DNA from: Candidatus Poribacteria bacterium
GTDB taxonomy: Bacteria > Poribacteria > WGA-4E > WGA-3G
DNA length: 64,000 nt
Direction of reading: 5' to 3'
NCBI GenBank assembly: GCA_965214095.1
Contig: OZ243938.1
Coordinates: 448,001-512,000, forward strand
Numbering within the stretch: the first letter of the stretch is position 1; each line of letters opens with the position of its first letter. The notes under the pieces were generated by a model, which was given only the letters and a program-made list of their open reading frames with translations, had not been told where the DNA came from and made no database searches. Below are positions 18,421 to 27,807 of the stretch, one piece after another. The translations under genes and the position numbers were made by a program.

Positions 18421-21333
18421 CTAAAATGCTTGACCTAAACCGAAATGATATTTGATACCCGGTTTTATGCTACGCAAATCTGTGTGTCTCGCGGCGGCAA
18501 AGTCTAATGAGAAAATGCCAAGTCGAAGTCTTAATCCTACACCGACAGAACCTTTTAGGTCTTCAAGTTGAATCCGTAATCCATCACGATGAAACAGTTT
18601 ATAAGGATTATCTGGTCCGTATTCGTAATCTACCCATGTGCCACCAATATCTGCGAAAAGGATACCCCCGATACCCCCGATTGACCATCGCACAGGCCAT
18701 CCAAAATATAGGACATCAATGAATGGAATTCGAAACTCAATGTTGAACAATCCAAGACGAGAACCAGCCATGTCTTCGTAATTATAACCACGTAATGTAT
18801 CAATGCCACCAAGATAAAAAAGTGATTTGTCAGGACCGAAGCTACCACCAAGTAATAACCTTGTAGCAATGGTTGTACGTCTGCCTATGCCGAAATAATT
18901 TCGGTAATCAAATATTGCATTGGTAAGAGATAACTGACTTCCAAGTGTAGGGAACGATCGTTCAATTTGAAAACGATATCGCGTGCCTCTATACGGAGCA
19001 TACTCACGCCACATCGTGTTGTCACTTACAAATGCAATAGAACCGAGAGATAGAAATCCACGGTCATAATAATCAAAGGGGTCACGCGTCTGAAAATTGT
19101 AAGACAATGGTGTTGAATATAATGAAAAATGTAAGTCTAAACGGTGATACCGATCAAACGGATAACTGACAAAACCACCTGCCCCCGTAATACGTTGTAA
19201 GACACCTTGTTGATTACGGATTGAGCCAAGCAAATGGTATTGATGGTAGTTATACACGACTGCACCGATATCTGCACGATGTGTCAAGAACCCATACTGT
19301 CCAATAAAATCAGGGACAAGATACCCACTGGATTGATTGATCACACTCATCTCAACGCGATGATTACCCAACATATCGCTTGCACTCAACTGAATTTGAC
19401 TACGGAGTAATCCATCTGCACCATAACTGAACTCTGGGAAAATTGCATCAAGTCGGAAGGAAGACCTTGTGCTATACTTACGTTTAGCAATCCTATAATT
19501 TGGTTCAGGAATGTCTGTTTCCAAAATGATAGGAACTGTCTGTGTTTCATAAGGTGGACTCTCTATTTTCTCATCTCGTATATTCTCTGTTTCCATAACA
19601 CAAATATCGTATTTTCCATTATCATAAGCACTAAACAGCAAACGTCTCTGGTCAGGAGAAAAAGTTGGATTGAAACAACCCGTTATGAGATTAGTGAGCC
19701 GCGTCATCTGCATATTTGTAGTATCAAGTTTATATGCATCAAACACTCCCATCCGATCATCACAAAATAGCACAGATTCCCCATCAGGCATCCATACAGG
19801 ACTGATCGCATTTGAGGAACTGTCCGTGAGAATTCGTTCTGTCAGTTGATCAATGTCAATTATAACAAGTCTATTCTTGCTGTTGCGTTCAGATGCATAT
19901 ATGATTTTATTTTCTGAGGGATGCCATGAAGGATGCGTATCGTTATATGGGTCTATTGTTAATCTACTAATCGCTTCAGTATCTAATTCTAAAATGTAGA
20001 GATCTGTTTGCCCCTCTTTTAATGCTGAGAAAACGATACGTTTACCACTACTATCATAATTTGGAGAATTAACATTATCATAATCAAGCAAAATGTACTG
20101 TGTGAGTTTATGTGTAAGAATATTGACTTCAATGAGATAATTTGCGTCTCTGTGCTTACCGATGAAAGCAATATGGTCCCCATCAGGTGACCAAGCAAGA
20201 CTTTGATCATATCCACTGGAATCTGTCCTGATTTCTTCATATTTGTTACGGAAAAAACGTCTTGTAATACGGTCCAACTTTTCACCGGTCTTGGCAGACA
20301 TCAAAACAATCTCTAAAAAACCATCATTGGCAGTGATATATGCAATTAGGTCACCACTTGGTGACCAAACGGGTTTGATATTGTGAGAGAATCTTGAGTC
20401 TTCCGTGAGTTTTTTTGAAACTATGTTTGGTAAATCCTTATCTTCGATCAGGGGCCAATAACGTTTTCGTAACATCTGTCGATAGCCTAAGTCAAACTCC
20501 TTTAGACTGACTCCAAGCACATCTTTGAAGACTTGATCGATATTCTTTGTTCTACTCTGTCGTAGACCACGCAGGATTTCAGCGATATTTTCGCGTCCGT
20601 AAGTCTGTACAAGGTATTCAGTAGCTAACTGCCCCATTTTATAGCCGATATAAGGTGAACTAAGACGGTTGAAGTTCTGTAATTCTGTCAGTGGTAAAAT
20701 ATTATCATTAAAACTTGCATCTCTAAGAACCATTTCGCCGATAGCATCGTTATCTTGAGCAAAATAATCCGCCATACCTTCTATAAACCAAATTGGCGGG
20801 GCATACAGAAACTCCCCACTATAAATGCTCGCATGAGGTTTTTGATAGAGGATATCAAATTGAAATATATGTATGAGTTCATGGAAAATGACCTCGCGAA
20901 AAGCCTCAAGTGAACCTGTAAATGGAATAACAATCCGATGTTTGAAGAGTTCAGCGAATCCTCCAATCCCTTCATGTAATTCCATCAGTATTACATTAGT
21001 TTCCTGAAAATCCTTATGTGATTTATAAAGGATTAAAGGAGTTCTATTTTCAAGTTCGTGTTCAAAGTCTTCACTGTGTTTTTCATAAGCTTCTTCTGCA
21101 ATAGCCGCCATCACAGGCACAAGTTTCGCTTCGCTCGGATAGTAATGTATGTCAAAGTGTTCAGTTCGGTGTATGTGCCAATCAAAACGTTTTGTTGTAA
21201 TCTTGTTTTTCCCAAAACCTTGAGCAATTACGTTTGATGCTATGAGGGTGCAGAAACATAAATAGAGCAATAGAAGCACGATTCTTTTAAGATGACCGCT
21301 GTATTTTGTTGTGTATTTTCTTTTACTATGCAT
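18421..21333 (-). CDS. Omp85/BamA-TamA family barrel fused to a peptidase MA-like domain and PD40 propeller
   Basis: Signal peptide, HELIH...WFIEG metalloprotease motif, WSP.G repeats, LGG..TLRGY, and a C-terminal GQAF beta-signal. Confidence 0.85.
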   Translation of the reverse strand: MHSKRKYTTKYSGHLKRIVLLLLYLCFCTLIASNVIAQGFGKNKITTKRFDWHIHRTEHFDIHYYPSEAKLVPVMAAIAEEAYEKHSEDFEHELENRTPLILYKSHKDFQETNVILMELHEGIGGFAELFKHRIVIPFTGSLEAFREVIFHELIHIFQFDILYQKPHASIYSGEFLYAPPIWFIEGMADYFAQDNDAIGEMVLRDASFNDNILPLTELQNFNRLSSPYIGYKMGQLATEYLVQTYGRENIAEILRGLRQSRTKNIDQVFKDVLGVSLKEFDLGYRQMLRKRYWPLIEDKDLPNIVSKKLTEDSRFSHNIKPVWSPSGDLIAYITANDGFLEIVLMSAKTGEKLDRITRRFFRNKYEEIRTDSSGYDQSLAWSPDGDHIAFIGKHRDANYLIEVNILTHKLTQYILLDYDNVNSPNYDSSGKRIVFSALKEGQTDLYILELDTEAISRLTIDPYNDTHPSWHPSENKIIYASERNSKNRLVIIDIDQLTERILTDSSSNAISPVWMPDGESVLFCDDRMGVFDAYKLDTTNMQMTRLTNLITGCFNPTFSPDQRRLLFSAYDNGKYDICVMETENIRDEKIESPPYETQTVPIILETDIPEPNYRIAKRKYSTRSSFRLDAIFPEFSYGADGLLRSQIQLSASDMLGNHRVEMSVINQSSGYLVPDFIGQYGFLTHRADIGAVVYNYHQYHLLGSIRNQQGVLQRITGAGGFVSYPFDRYHRLDLHFSLYSTPLSYNFQTRDPFDYYDRGFLSLGSIAFVSDNTMWREYAPYRGTRYRFQIERSFPTLGSQLSLTNAIFDYRNYFGIGRRTTIATRLLLGGSFGPDKSLFYLGGIDTLRGYNYEDMAGSRLGLFNIEFRIPFIDVLYFGWPVRWSIGGIGGILFADIGGTWVDYEYGPDNPYKLFHRDGLRIQLEDLKGSVGVGLRLRLGIFSLDFAAARHTDLRSIKPGIKYHFGLGQAF

Positions 21334-21371
21334 GTGTTTTTCCTAATGTAAGTTTTCTCATCGCGTCTAAA

Positions 21372-21538
21372 ATTATAGTAAAAATCATAATTATTTACAC
21401 ACTACGGTAGGTTCGGTTTACACTAATCTTGTAGGTCGGGTAGAGGCACGAAACCCGACATGCAGCCATTTATCATCAATATGCGTCGGGTATCGTTTCT
21501 CTACCCGACCTACAATGTCCGAATGGACACTCCAGTAG
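21372..21538. repeat. Composite repeat: truncated TATAGT-MITE joined to a CTAG-type element carrying a REP doublet
   Basis: 21372-21419 matches the reverse complement of 1195-1240; 21419-21538 matches 28993-29111. Confidence 0.8.
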
Positions 21539-21568
21539 TTGTTTTAACGACAAATCCGTATTTAGGTA

Positions 21569-22345
21569 TTACCGCATCAAAAATCTATCTTCTTGTTCAT
21601 AGTGTGGTGATATATCCTGCGTGAATTTAGCAAGTGCACGTTTGCTTAACTCTCGCATTGTTGTTTCTTTGGGTGCCATTTGAGAAAAGACTAAAGAACC
21701 GAGAGAATGCGCTTCTGCAGTTCTTTGCAGATAAGATTCATCCCAGATTATCTTTCCATCATCAACATCAAGTATCATCACACGGAGTGAAAGTAGATAT
21801 GTCTTCTGCATATAATCCGTATAATCCATGACATACCGTTGTTGTTGATGTGAGTATTTCTCGCCATAATAACGCCTGGGACGTGTGTCTGTATGAAAAA
21901 GATAACTTCCTACTATAATACCTTTCACTTCAAAATACTCACCTAATTCGCGCAATCTTTCGGTATCATCCAACCATTTTTCCTCTTCTATCTCCTCTCC
22001 TGTCATAAGTCGGTTTGTTTCCTGTTTATCCACAATCATAAATTGCTTCTGCCGTGATAATTGACTTCTTAAGATTTGGGCAATTTCGCCGCCTATTTCA
22101 ACAGGTATATCCTCTATTTTTGATGAAGATGTTTGTGCGACAAATGGAAGCACTGCAAAATTTGAATATGTGTTGATGTCAATTTCTGATTCTACTTTTA
22201 CCGGAATTGGAACGCGCGTAACTTTGTTACCACAGGAACTTAACATTAAAGCAAATATAGCAATAACGCAAGTAGTGGAGTATCGCTGCATTGCAATCCA
22301 GATCCTATGAAAGTATGGATGAGGTATATATATATTCTTATACAT
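21569..22345 (-). CDS. Putative lipoprotein (CsgG/TolB-N-like fold)
   Basis: LSSC lipobox, AVLPF and D...GKIIW motifs; the true start is probably the second Met. Confidence 0.6.
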   Translation of the reverse strand: MYKNIYIPHPYFHRIWIAMQRYSTTCVIAIFALMLSSCGNKVTRVPIPVKVESEIDINTYSNFAVLPFVAQTSSSKIEDIPVEIGGEIAQILRSQLSRQKQFMIVDKQETNRLMTGEEIEEEKWLDDTERLRELGEYFEVKGIIVGSYLFHTDTRPRRYYGEKYSHQQQRYVMDYTDYMQKTYLLSLRVMILDVDDGKIIWDESYLQRTAEAHSLGSLVFSQMAPKETTMRELSKRALAKFTQDISPHYEQEDRFLMR

Positions 22346-22361
22346 GAGTGGGATCCTAAGA

Positions 22362-22769
22362 TCAATCTGCTGTAGAGTTTTCAGAGGGTTTAGATTCTGT
22401 TTCTTTACTTTCAGTTTCGCTGCGGCGAATATGTAGGCGACATCTACGGTAATTTATCCTATAATGTTTGCTATCAGGATCAAGTTCAGTGGCTCGTTGA
22501 TATGCTGCCTTTGCTTCTTCTATTTTCCCCAATGCCTCATATCCGACTCCAAGATTGTTATGTGCGACCGCATTATCCGGGTCAATGGATAAGACCTGTT
22601 TCCAACGGAAAATTGCTTCATTCCAAAGTCCTGCCTGTGCAGTTCTTATAGCAAACTGATTATAATCATGGACTCTCGCAGCGTTATGGGTTCCACAACC
22701 GAAAATAGTCACAGATGCAAAAATCAATTTTATGAGGATTATCTGATAAGTTAATCGCATTCTTTCCAT
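22362..22769 (-). CDS. TPR-repeat protein, probable lipoprotein
   Basis: IFGC lipobox-like sequence; AHNNLGVGYEALG..EEA..AY.RA TPR motif. Confidence 0.8.
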   Translation of the reverse strand: MERMRLTYQIILIKLIFASVTIFGCGTHNAARVHDYNQFAIRTAQAGLWNEAIFRWKQVLSIDPDNAVAHNNLGVGYEALGKIEEAKAAYQRATELDPDSKHYRINYRRCRLHIRRSETESKETESKPSENSTAD

Positions 22770-22907
22770 CCTTTACATTCAATTTTACCTTGTGTATGTC
22801 TCAGATGTCAAGGAAAAAGAAACATACTAAACAGAATAAGTTTGGAATAAAACGAAAAATTTGATATGCTAAAACAAAACTTGGTGAGAATAAACAAGGA
22901 GAATGAT

Positions 22908-24020
22908 ATGTCTAACATTACACCTTTGCGAACAGTGATTGTCGGTTGCGGTATGATTGCAGCAGGTGGATATCAACCACGTTGTCAAGCATATCCAGAC
23001 CATATTGAATTGGTTGGTTTTTATGATCAGGACGAAGGACGCGCGTCAGCACTTGCAGAGAGAGATGGTGGCAAAGTCTATCCATCTCTTGAAGCAGTAT
23101 TCAACGATCCAAATGTAGAAGCCATTGTTAATTTAACACTACATATCTCACATTATCCCGTGTCGTTGGCTGCTCTGAAAGCTGGAAAACATGTCTATTC
23201 TGAGAAACCGATTTCAATCACCACTGATGAAGCAAATGAACTTGTGGAAACAGCAGAGAATATGGGATTAAAACTTGCATGTGCTCCATCTGCGATTCTC
23301 GGATATGTCCAACAGAATGTATGGAAACGGATTCGTGATGGAGAAATAGGCGATGTGATTTCTGCGATTGGCAACTTCGGTGGACCTTTGGAACATTGGC
23401 ATCCAAGTGCAGATGCGTTTTTGATGCATGCGGGTCCATTCAGAGATGTTGCACCATATCCCCTAACCGCTATGACAACAATGATTGGACCTGTAAAAAC
23501 AGTGCATGGATTTGCAAGAGTTGCTGTTCCTAAGCGGGTCTTAACAACAGGACCACGCCAAGGTACTGAATTTGAAGTGACAGAAAAAGATCACGGGTTT
23601 GCTGTGCTTGAGTTTGACGTTCCTCAAGCAGGAGGATCTCACGGCTTCATCTATCATAGCTTCACCGTGACTTCACAGATTCCGCCGTATGAGATACACG
23701 GTACAAAAGGTGGTTTCTCACTACAAGCACATGATGATGGACGCGGTATTAAGAAGTTCACACCGCAGTCTGGATGGCAAGATGAATCTTCTCCACCAAA
23801 ATCACATACAGGGCTGGACTGGGGGAAAGGTGTAGCCGATTTTGCAGACGCAATAAGAAATGACCGGAACCCGAGGTGCAATGGGGCGCAAGCGCGTCAT
23901 GTGATAGAAATATGTGAACGAGTGCTTGAATCATCTGATTTGGGAAAACCTGTGGATGTTACAAGTCGTTTTCCCGCACCACCGGAAGTTGGTGAAATCG
24001 CACCTTGGGAAACCAGTTAG
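22908..24020 (+). CDS. Gfo/Idh/MocA oxidoreductase
   Basis: VGCGMIA and AGKHVYSEKP motifs; AGGAG RBS before ATG 22908. Confidence 0.9.
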   Translation: MSNITPLRTVIVGCGMIAAGGYQPRCQAYPDHIELVGFYDQDEGRASALAERDGGKVYPSLEAVFNDPNVEAIVNLTLHISHYPVSLAALKAGKHVYSEKPISITTDEANELVETAENMGLKLACAPSAILGYVQQNVWKRIRDGEIGDVISAIGNFGGPLEHWHPSADAFLMHAGPFRDVAPYPLTAMTTMIGPVKTVHGFARVAVPKRVLTTGPRQGTEFEVTEKDHGFAVLEFDVPQAGGSHGFIYHSFTVTSQIPPYEIHGTKGGFSLQAHDDGRGIKKFTPQSGWQDESSPPKSHTGLDWGKGVADFADAIRNDRNPRCNGAQARHVIEICERVLESSDLGKPVDVTSRFPAPPEVGEIAPWETS

Positions 24021-24063
24021 ACTATAAATATCTGTTGGAACTCAGATGCTAAATCTGATTGGC

Positions 24064-24888
24064 TTATAACTTGAGGGTGTTACGCAACATCTCCACACTC
24101 TGTGGAACACCGTTATGTGCATCCTCTTTACCCTCAAACTCAATGGAAACATAGCCATTGAATCCGACATTCCGCAGTATCTCACCTATCTGACCATAAT
24201 CAAGATCAAGCGTATACCACTCTCCCTCGCCATAGTATGTTTTTGCATGAACAAGCACTGCTTCCGGTGCTATCTGCTCCAGTTTTTCATACGGATTAGA
24301 GAGGAAATTCCCACAATCCATGGTAACTTTCAACCATTCTGAATCTATCGCAGAAACGATACGATTAACGCCTTCTGGTGTACAAGTCAATCCCCAATGG
24401 TTTTCAAGTCCAAGAATAACACCATATCTTTCTGCATCAGGTAGACATTTTTCAATTGATGCAATAACCCAATCAAACGCTTCATCTTCCGTATGATCAG
24501 GAAGCGATGGTTCTTGTCCTTCAGTTTTCATCAGATCGGTGAATGATTTAATAGTTCCCCACCGTCCTGAATTCAGTCGTATTGAAGGTATTCCAAGTTC
24601 ATGCGCTAAACGTATACAGTGTACAGTGTGATTGATATTTCTTTGCCGTGTTTGTTCGTCTGGTGAAACGAAACCTTGATGAATTGAGAGCGCGTAGAGA
24701 TCAAGTCCATGAATGAATGCATGTCGTTTGAGTTTCTGTAGATATGGAGTTGCTTCTGATTCCATCTGTTGATGTAAGATTTCAATGCCATCCAGTTCCA
24801 GTCGTGCTGCTTCTTCAATGACGTGTTCAATAGGGACTCGTTCAGGAGTGAAATGCCAATAGGAATATGTAGATACACCGAGTTTCAA
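24064..24888 (-). CDS. Sugar phosphate isomerase/epimerase (xylose isomerase-like TIM barrel)
   Basis: LENHWG, DCGNF, HAK and SIEFEG motifs; TTG start at 24888 after GAGG (the longer ORF runs into a repeat). Confidence 0.88.
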   Translation of the reverse strand: MKLGVSTYSYWHFTPERVPIEHVIEEAARLELDGIEILHQQMESEATPYLQKLKRHAFIHGLDLYALSIHQGFVSPDEQTRQRNINHTVHCIRLAHELGIPSIRLNSGRWGTIKSFTDLMKTEGQEPSLPDHTEDEAFDWVIASIEKCLPDAERYGVILGLENHWGLTCTPEGVNRIVSAIDSEWLKVTMDCGNFLSNPYEKLEQIAPEAVLVHAKTYYGEGEWYTLDLDYGQIGEILRNVGFNGYVSIEFEGKEDAHNGVPQSVEMLRNTLKL

Positions 24889-24920
24889 TTTATGTTTTAC
24901 CTCTTTTATTTGTATTGATA

Positions 24921-25112
24921 TATAGTGAATTATAAATATAAGTTGACACTTTCGACCCACGGTAGGCGAGGTTTCCTAACCCCGCCGATGCAGAGTGTTC
25001 AAGTAATTTCAAAATCTACTATAAATATAAGTTGACACTTTCGACCCACGGTAGGCGAGGTTTCCTAACCCCGCCGATGCAGAGTGTTCAAGTAATTTCA
25101 AAATCTACTATA
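24921..25112. repeat. MITE-like REP element with an exact 89-bp tandem duplication
   Basis: 24931-25019 is repeated at 25020-25108; TATAGTG...CTACTATA ends. Confidence 0.9.
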
Positions 25113-25266
25113 TAATACCATGAAAACTGTTTGAATCTCTATAGGATTTTGATTCTTCAATACTGTTGTATTCCATACAAAAATCTCCCGATAAGGACAC
25201 AAGTGTCTATATCGGGAGATTATCAAAAAATTTGAATTAGAACTGAATACTAACGAAAGCAAGTCG

Positions 25267-26748
25267 TTAGTCAGTCGCGCCAATTTTGGCTGCTTCTGGT
25301 GCCCGAGTTGGAAGTTCTTTCTGTGCTAAAGTATCTTCGGGAACATAACCAGAATAATCAGAAATCTTACCGTGTGTCAATGCATAAACAACAACGTTTG
25401 TCATAAAGCGATAGACACCAGGTGAATAGTGGACACTACGTGTTGGCAGACTGACAGATTCCATCGCGCACATATAATCACGACGCACGACGAGGACCGA
25501 CAATTTATCGCCAACTGAGAATCCTTCAAGATAATTCCGTCTCGGAGGTCTTGTTCCCCACCAGAAAATATCAAATCCAACCGGAGGTCCACCCATTTCA
25601 TAGAAGTTATCATAAATCTCGTGTTGGTTGTCAACACGTTCAATCTGATATTCAGGCATGACATAACGCATCTGTGAAATGAACAACCGTACCATTGCTT
25701 GTGCAGGAGCATTCACACCGCAGTCATCAAAGACAAGGAATCCACCTCTTTCAACAAGGTATTTACGGAGACCAGCGGCTTCAGCTTCGGTAAATCTGCT
25801 ATCCATTTTACCACCACCATACTGTTTTCCGAGCAGGTTACGTGAACGCACCATTGCGGGATCATGACCTGTCAAGAATGCAAGTGGAGTCTTATATAAG
25901 TTTGCGTCTGTCAGTTTGAGAGAACCACCTTCAACGTTCATATCTGTTTTAATTTTGGTTTTCTCGTTGAGCCATTTGGTAAGCGCGTTCAAAGATGAAG
26001 AATCTGCCCACCAGTCAGAAAGTGTATGACGAATCCGTGTGAAACGAAGCACGCCACGAATGTCACGACCTTTACCGATGACACGTCCACCCGGTTCGCC
26101 TTTGGGTAATGGAGGAACTTCAACGTTCCCAAGTGTGATGCTCTCAGCAACATCACCCAACGCGTCACGGGCAACACCAACGTTTTCAACCATTGCTAAG
26201 CCAGCGGGACGTTTAAATGTCATTTTCACCTGCACTGGACTTCCTGCAATACCACGAGCAATGTTCGTGGGACCTGCGGAAGGCGCACTCGCTGCGGGTC
26301 CAGCAAATGCTAAAGCACTTGGTGCATCAGACACTGGAAGATCCGTATGTGTAACTACCTCAGGTATTGGTGCATTCGGATTAACTACCTTCGGCACATT
26401 TGGATTGATGGGTGCATCAACCTTCACTGCTTGGTTAGAAAACTGTAATGATGTTTGGGTTACATTTTCAGTTACCTTTGGCGAAAATGCTGTTGTTAAA
26501 CGGGGTTGAACTTGTACCTGTTCAATAACTACCGTGCTTTCTACCGGTACTATCGGCTTGACAATCTTTTCAACGATTGGTTTCCGCACTTTAGGTTTCG
26601 GCGGGTCTGGGGGTTCAAGTGTTTCAACCCCAACTAAATCCTTAAATGTCTGCGTTTGCGTCACAAAATAGAGACCCGCAATCGCAATAAGGAGTCCGTG
26701 AATCAGCAATGCAGTCATTAATGCTGCTGATGTTCTTTTTGCACTCAT
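25267..26748 (-). CDS. DUF4159 domain protein with N-terminal membrane anchor and Pro-rich TonB-like linker
   Basis: ALLIHGLL TM helix, PPDPPKPK linker, and FLTGH, LRKYLVERGGFLVFDDC and NVVVYALTH motifs. Confidence 0.8.
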   Translation of the reverse strand: MSAKRTSAALMTALLIHGLLIAIAGLYFVTQTQTFKDLVGVETLEPPDPPKPKVRKPIVEKIVKPIVPVESTVVIEQVQVQPRLTTAFSPKVTENVTQTSLQFSNQAVKVDAPINPNVPKVVNPNAPIPEVVTHTDLPVSDAPSALAFAGPAASAPSAGPTNIARGIAGSPVQVKMTFKRPAGLAMVENVGVARDALGDVAESITLGNVEVPPLPKGEPGGRVIGKGRDIRGVLRFTRIRHTLSDWWADSSSLNALTKWLNEKTKIKTDMNVEGGSLKLTDANLYKTPLAFLTGHDPAMVRSRNLLGKQYGGGKMDSRFTEAEAAGLRKYLVERGGFLVFDDCGVNAPAQAMVRLFISQMRYVMPEYQIERVDNQHEIYDNFYEMGGPPVGFDIFWWGTRPPRRNYLEGFSVGDKLSVLVVRRDYMCAMESVSLPTRSVHYSPGVYRFMTNVVVYALTHGKISDYSGYVPEDTLAQKELPTRAPEAAKIGATD

Positions 26749-26883
26749 TATTTCACCTCATAAATAATGTATCTTATTAGTTTTTGATACAACCTACTAA
26801 TACTAATAGTGTTACGAATCGTTTTTAATACAACCTACTAAAATAATTTGAAAAAGTATAATACTAAACCTACTACTATGCTA

Positions 26884-26899
26884 TGCAATTTATATGCCA
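26884..26899 (-). promoter_or_regulatory. Sigma54 -24/-12 promoter
   Basis: TGGCATATAAATTGCA matches TGGCAC-N5-TTGCW and points toward the DUF4159 gene. Confidence 0.75.
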
Positions 26900-26950
26900 A
26901 AACTGAAGTTCAAGTATATGCGATAGTATGGACTATAAGTGATAAGTTGT

Positions 26951-26998
26951 TGCACAATATTGTGCATCTCAAATCTTAAGCTGCACAAAATGGGGCAG
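26951..26998. promoter_or_regulatory. Tandem palindromic enhancer-binding-protein sites (NtrC-like UAS)
   Basis: TGCACAATATTGTGCA and TGCACAAAATGGGGCA, 31 bp apart, upstream of the sigma54 promoter. Confidence 0.6.
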
Positions 26999-27345
26999 CT
27001 TTCTCAACTATGGCACACAAAAATGTATATTGTTGATTTAATATATCAGATTTAGGTAAATTTGTAAACATCTTTTTTATTGTTCCACAGAGATATTTAG
27101 TTTTAAGATTTCGTAATTAATGATATGCCAATCCTTGCGGAAAGCTCAACCACAATTCACGGTAAGTAATTTTTGTATCCATTTCTCTGTTTCTCAATAT
27201 AGGGCGTACTAAAATTTTGAAAAACGCAAACATCCGATAAACCCGATGCCTACGCAATTTAGTCAAAATTACAGAGGGGCACTTTTTTAGTACCCTCCCC
27301 TAATTTGATACCTACAATTTATTGCCAAATTACAACTATTGTTCT

Positions 27346-27381
27346 GTCTACACTAATCTTGTCCGAATGGACACTCCACTA
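27346..27381. repeat. REP-less ('empty') copy of the CTAG-type element
   Basis: GTCTACACTAATCTT-GTCCGAATGGACACTCCACTA, which is the flanks of the 21419 and 28990 copies without the REP doublet. Confidence 0.75.
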
Positions 27382-27400
27382 TTGCTGTGTCCACTCTTAT

Positions 27401-27505
27401 TCATGGTGAAGCATAGAATTATATCTACACTTTCTATCAACGGTAGGCGAGGTTGCCTAACCTCGCCTTAGCAAGGTGTAGAATTAATTCAATAATTTAC
27501 CAAAA
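27401..27505. repeat. MITE-like element with GTAG-REP
   Basis: Near-identical to 18288-18392. Confidence 0.8.
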
Positions 27506-27807
27506 TATCCAATATCTACTCAATTTACGTTAAGTTACTAATTGGTAAAATTGGTAATTTTTTGATCGGAAAAATCCAGTCATAGACAAGATTCGTGTAC
27601 AGAAAAAATTACCAATTGCCTAAAAGTATCAACACTATATCACTCTAATTGACATTTGGAAACGATTCTGTCTGAACGATCCGCAGTCTAAGAACCGCTA
27701 CTCAAATATGCTATCAAAATCGGCTGGACACGCGTGTCCAGATTAGAAGCCATGCAAATACGTGGTGGTAATATCTTCGGGTTTTATTTTAATGTAAACA
27801 AATCAGC

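Noticed and set aside
24931-25108. CRISPR array
   Set aside because: Only two identical adjacent units, with no spacers and no cas genes.
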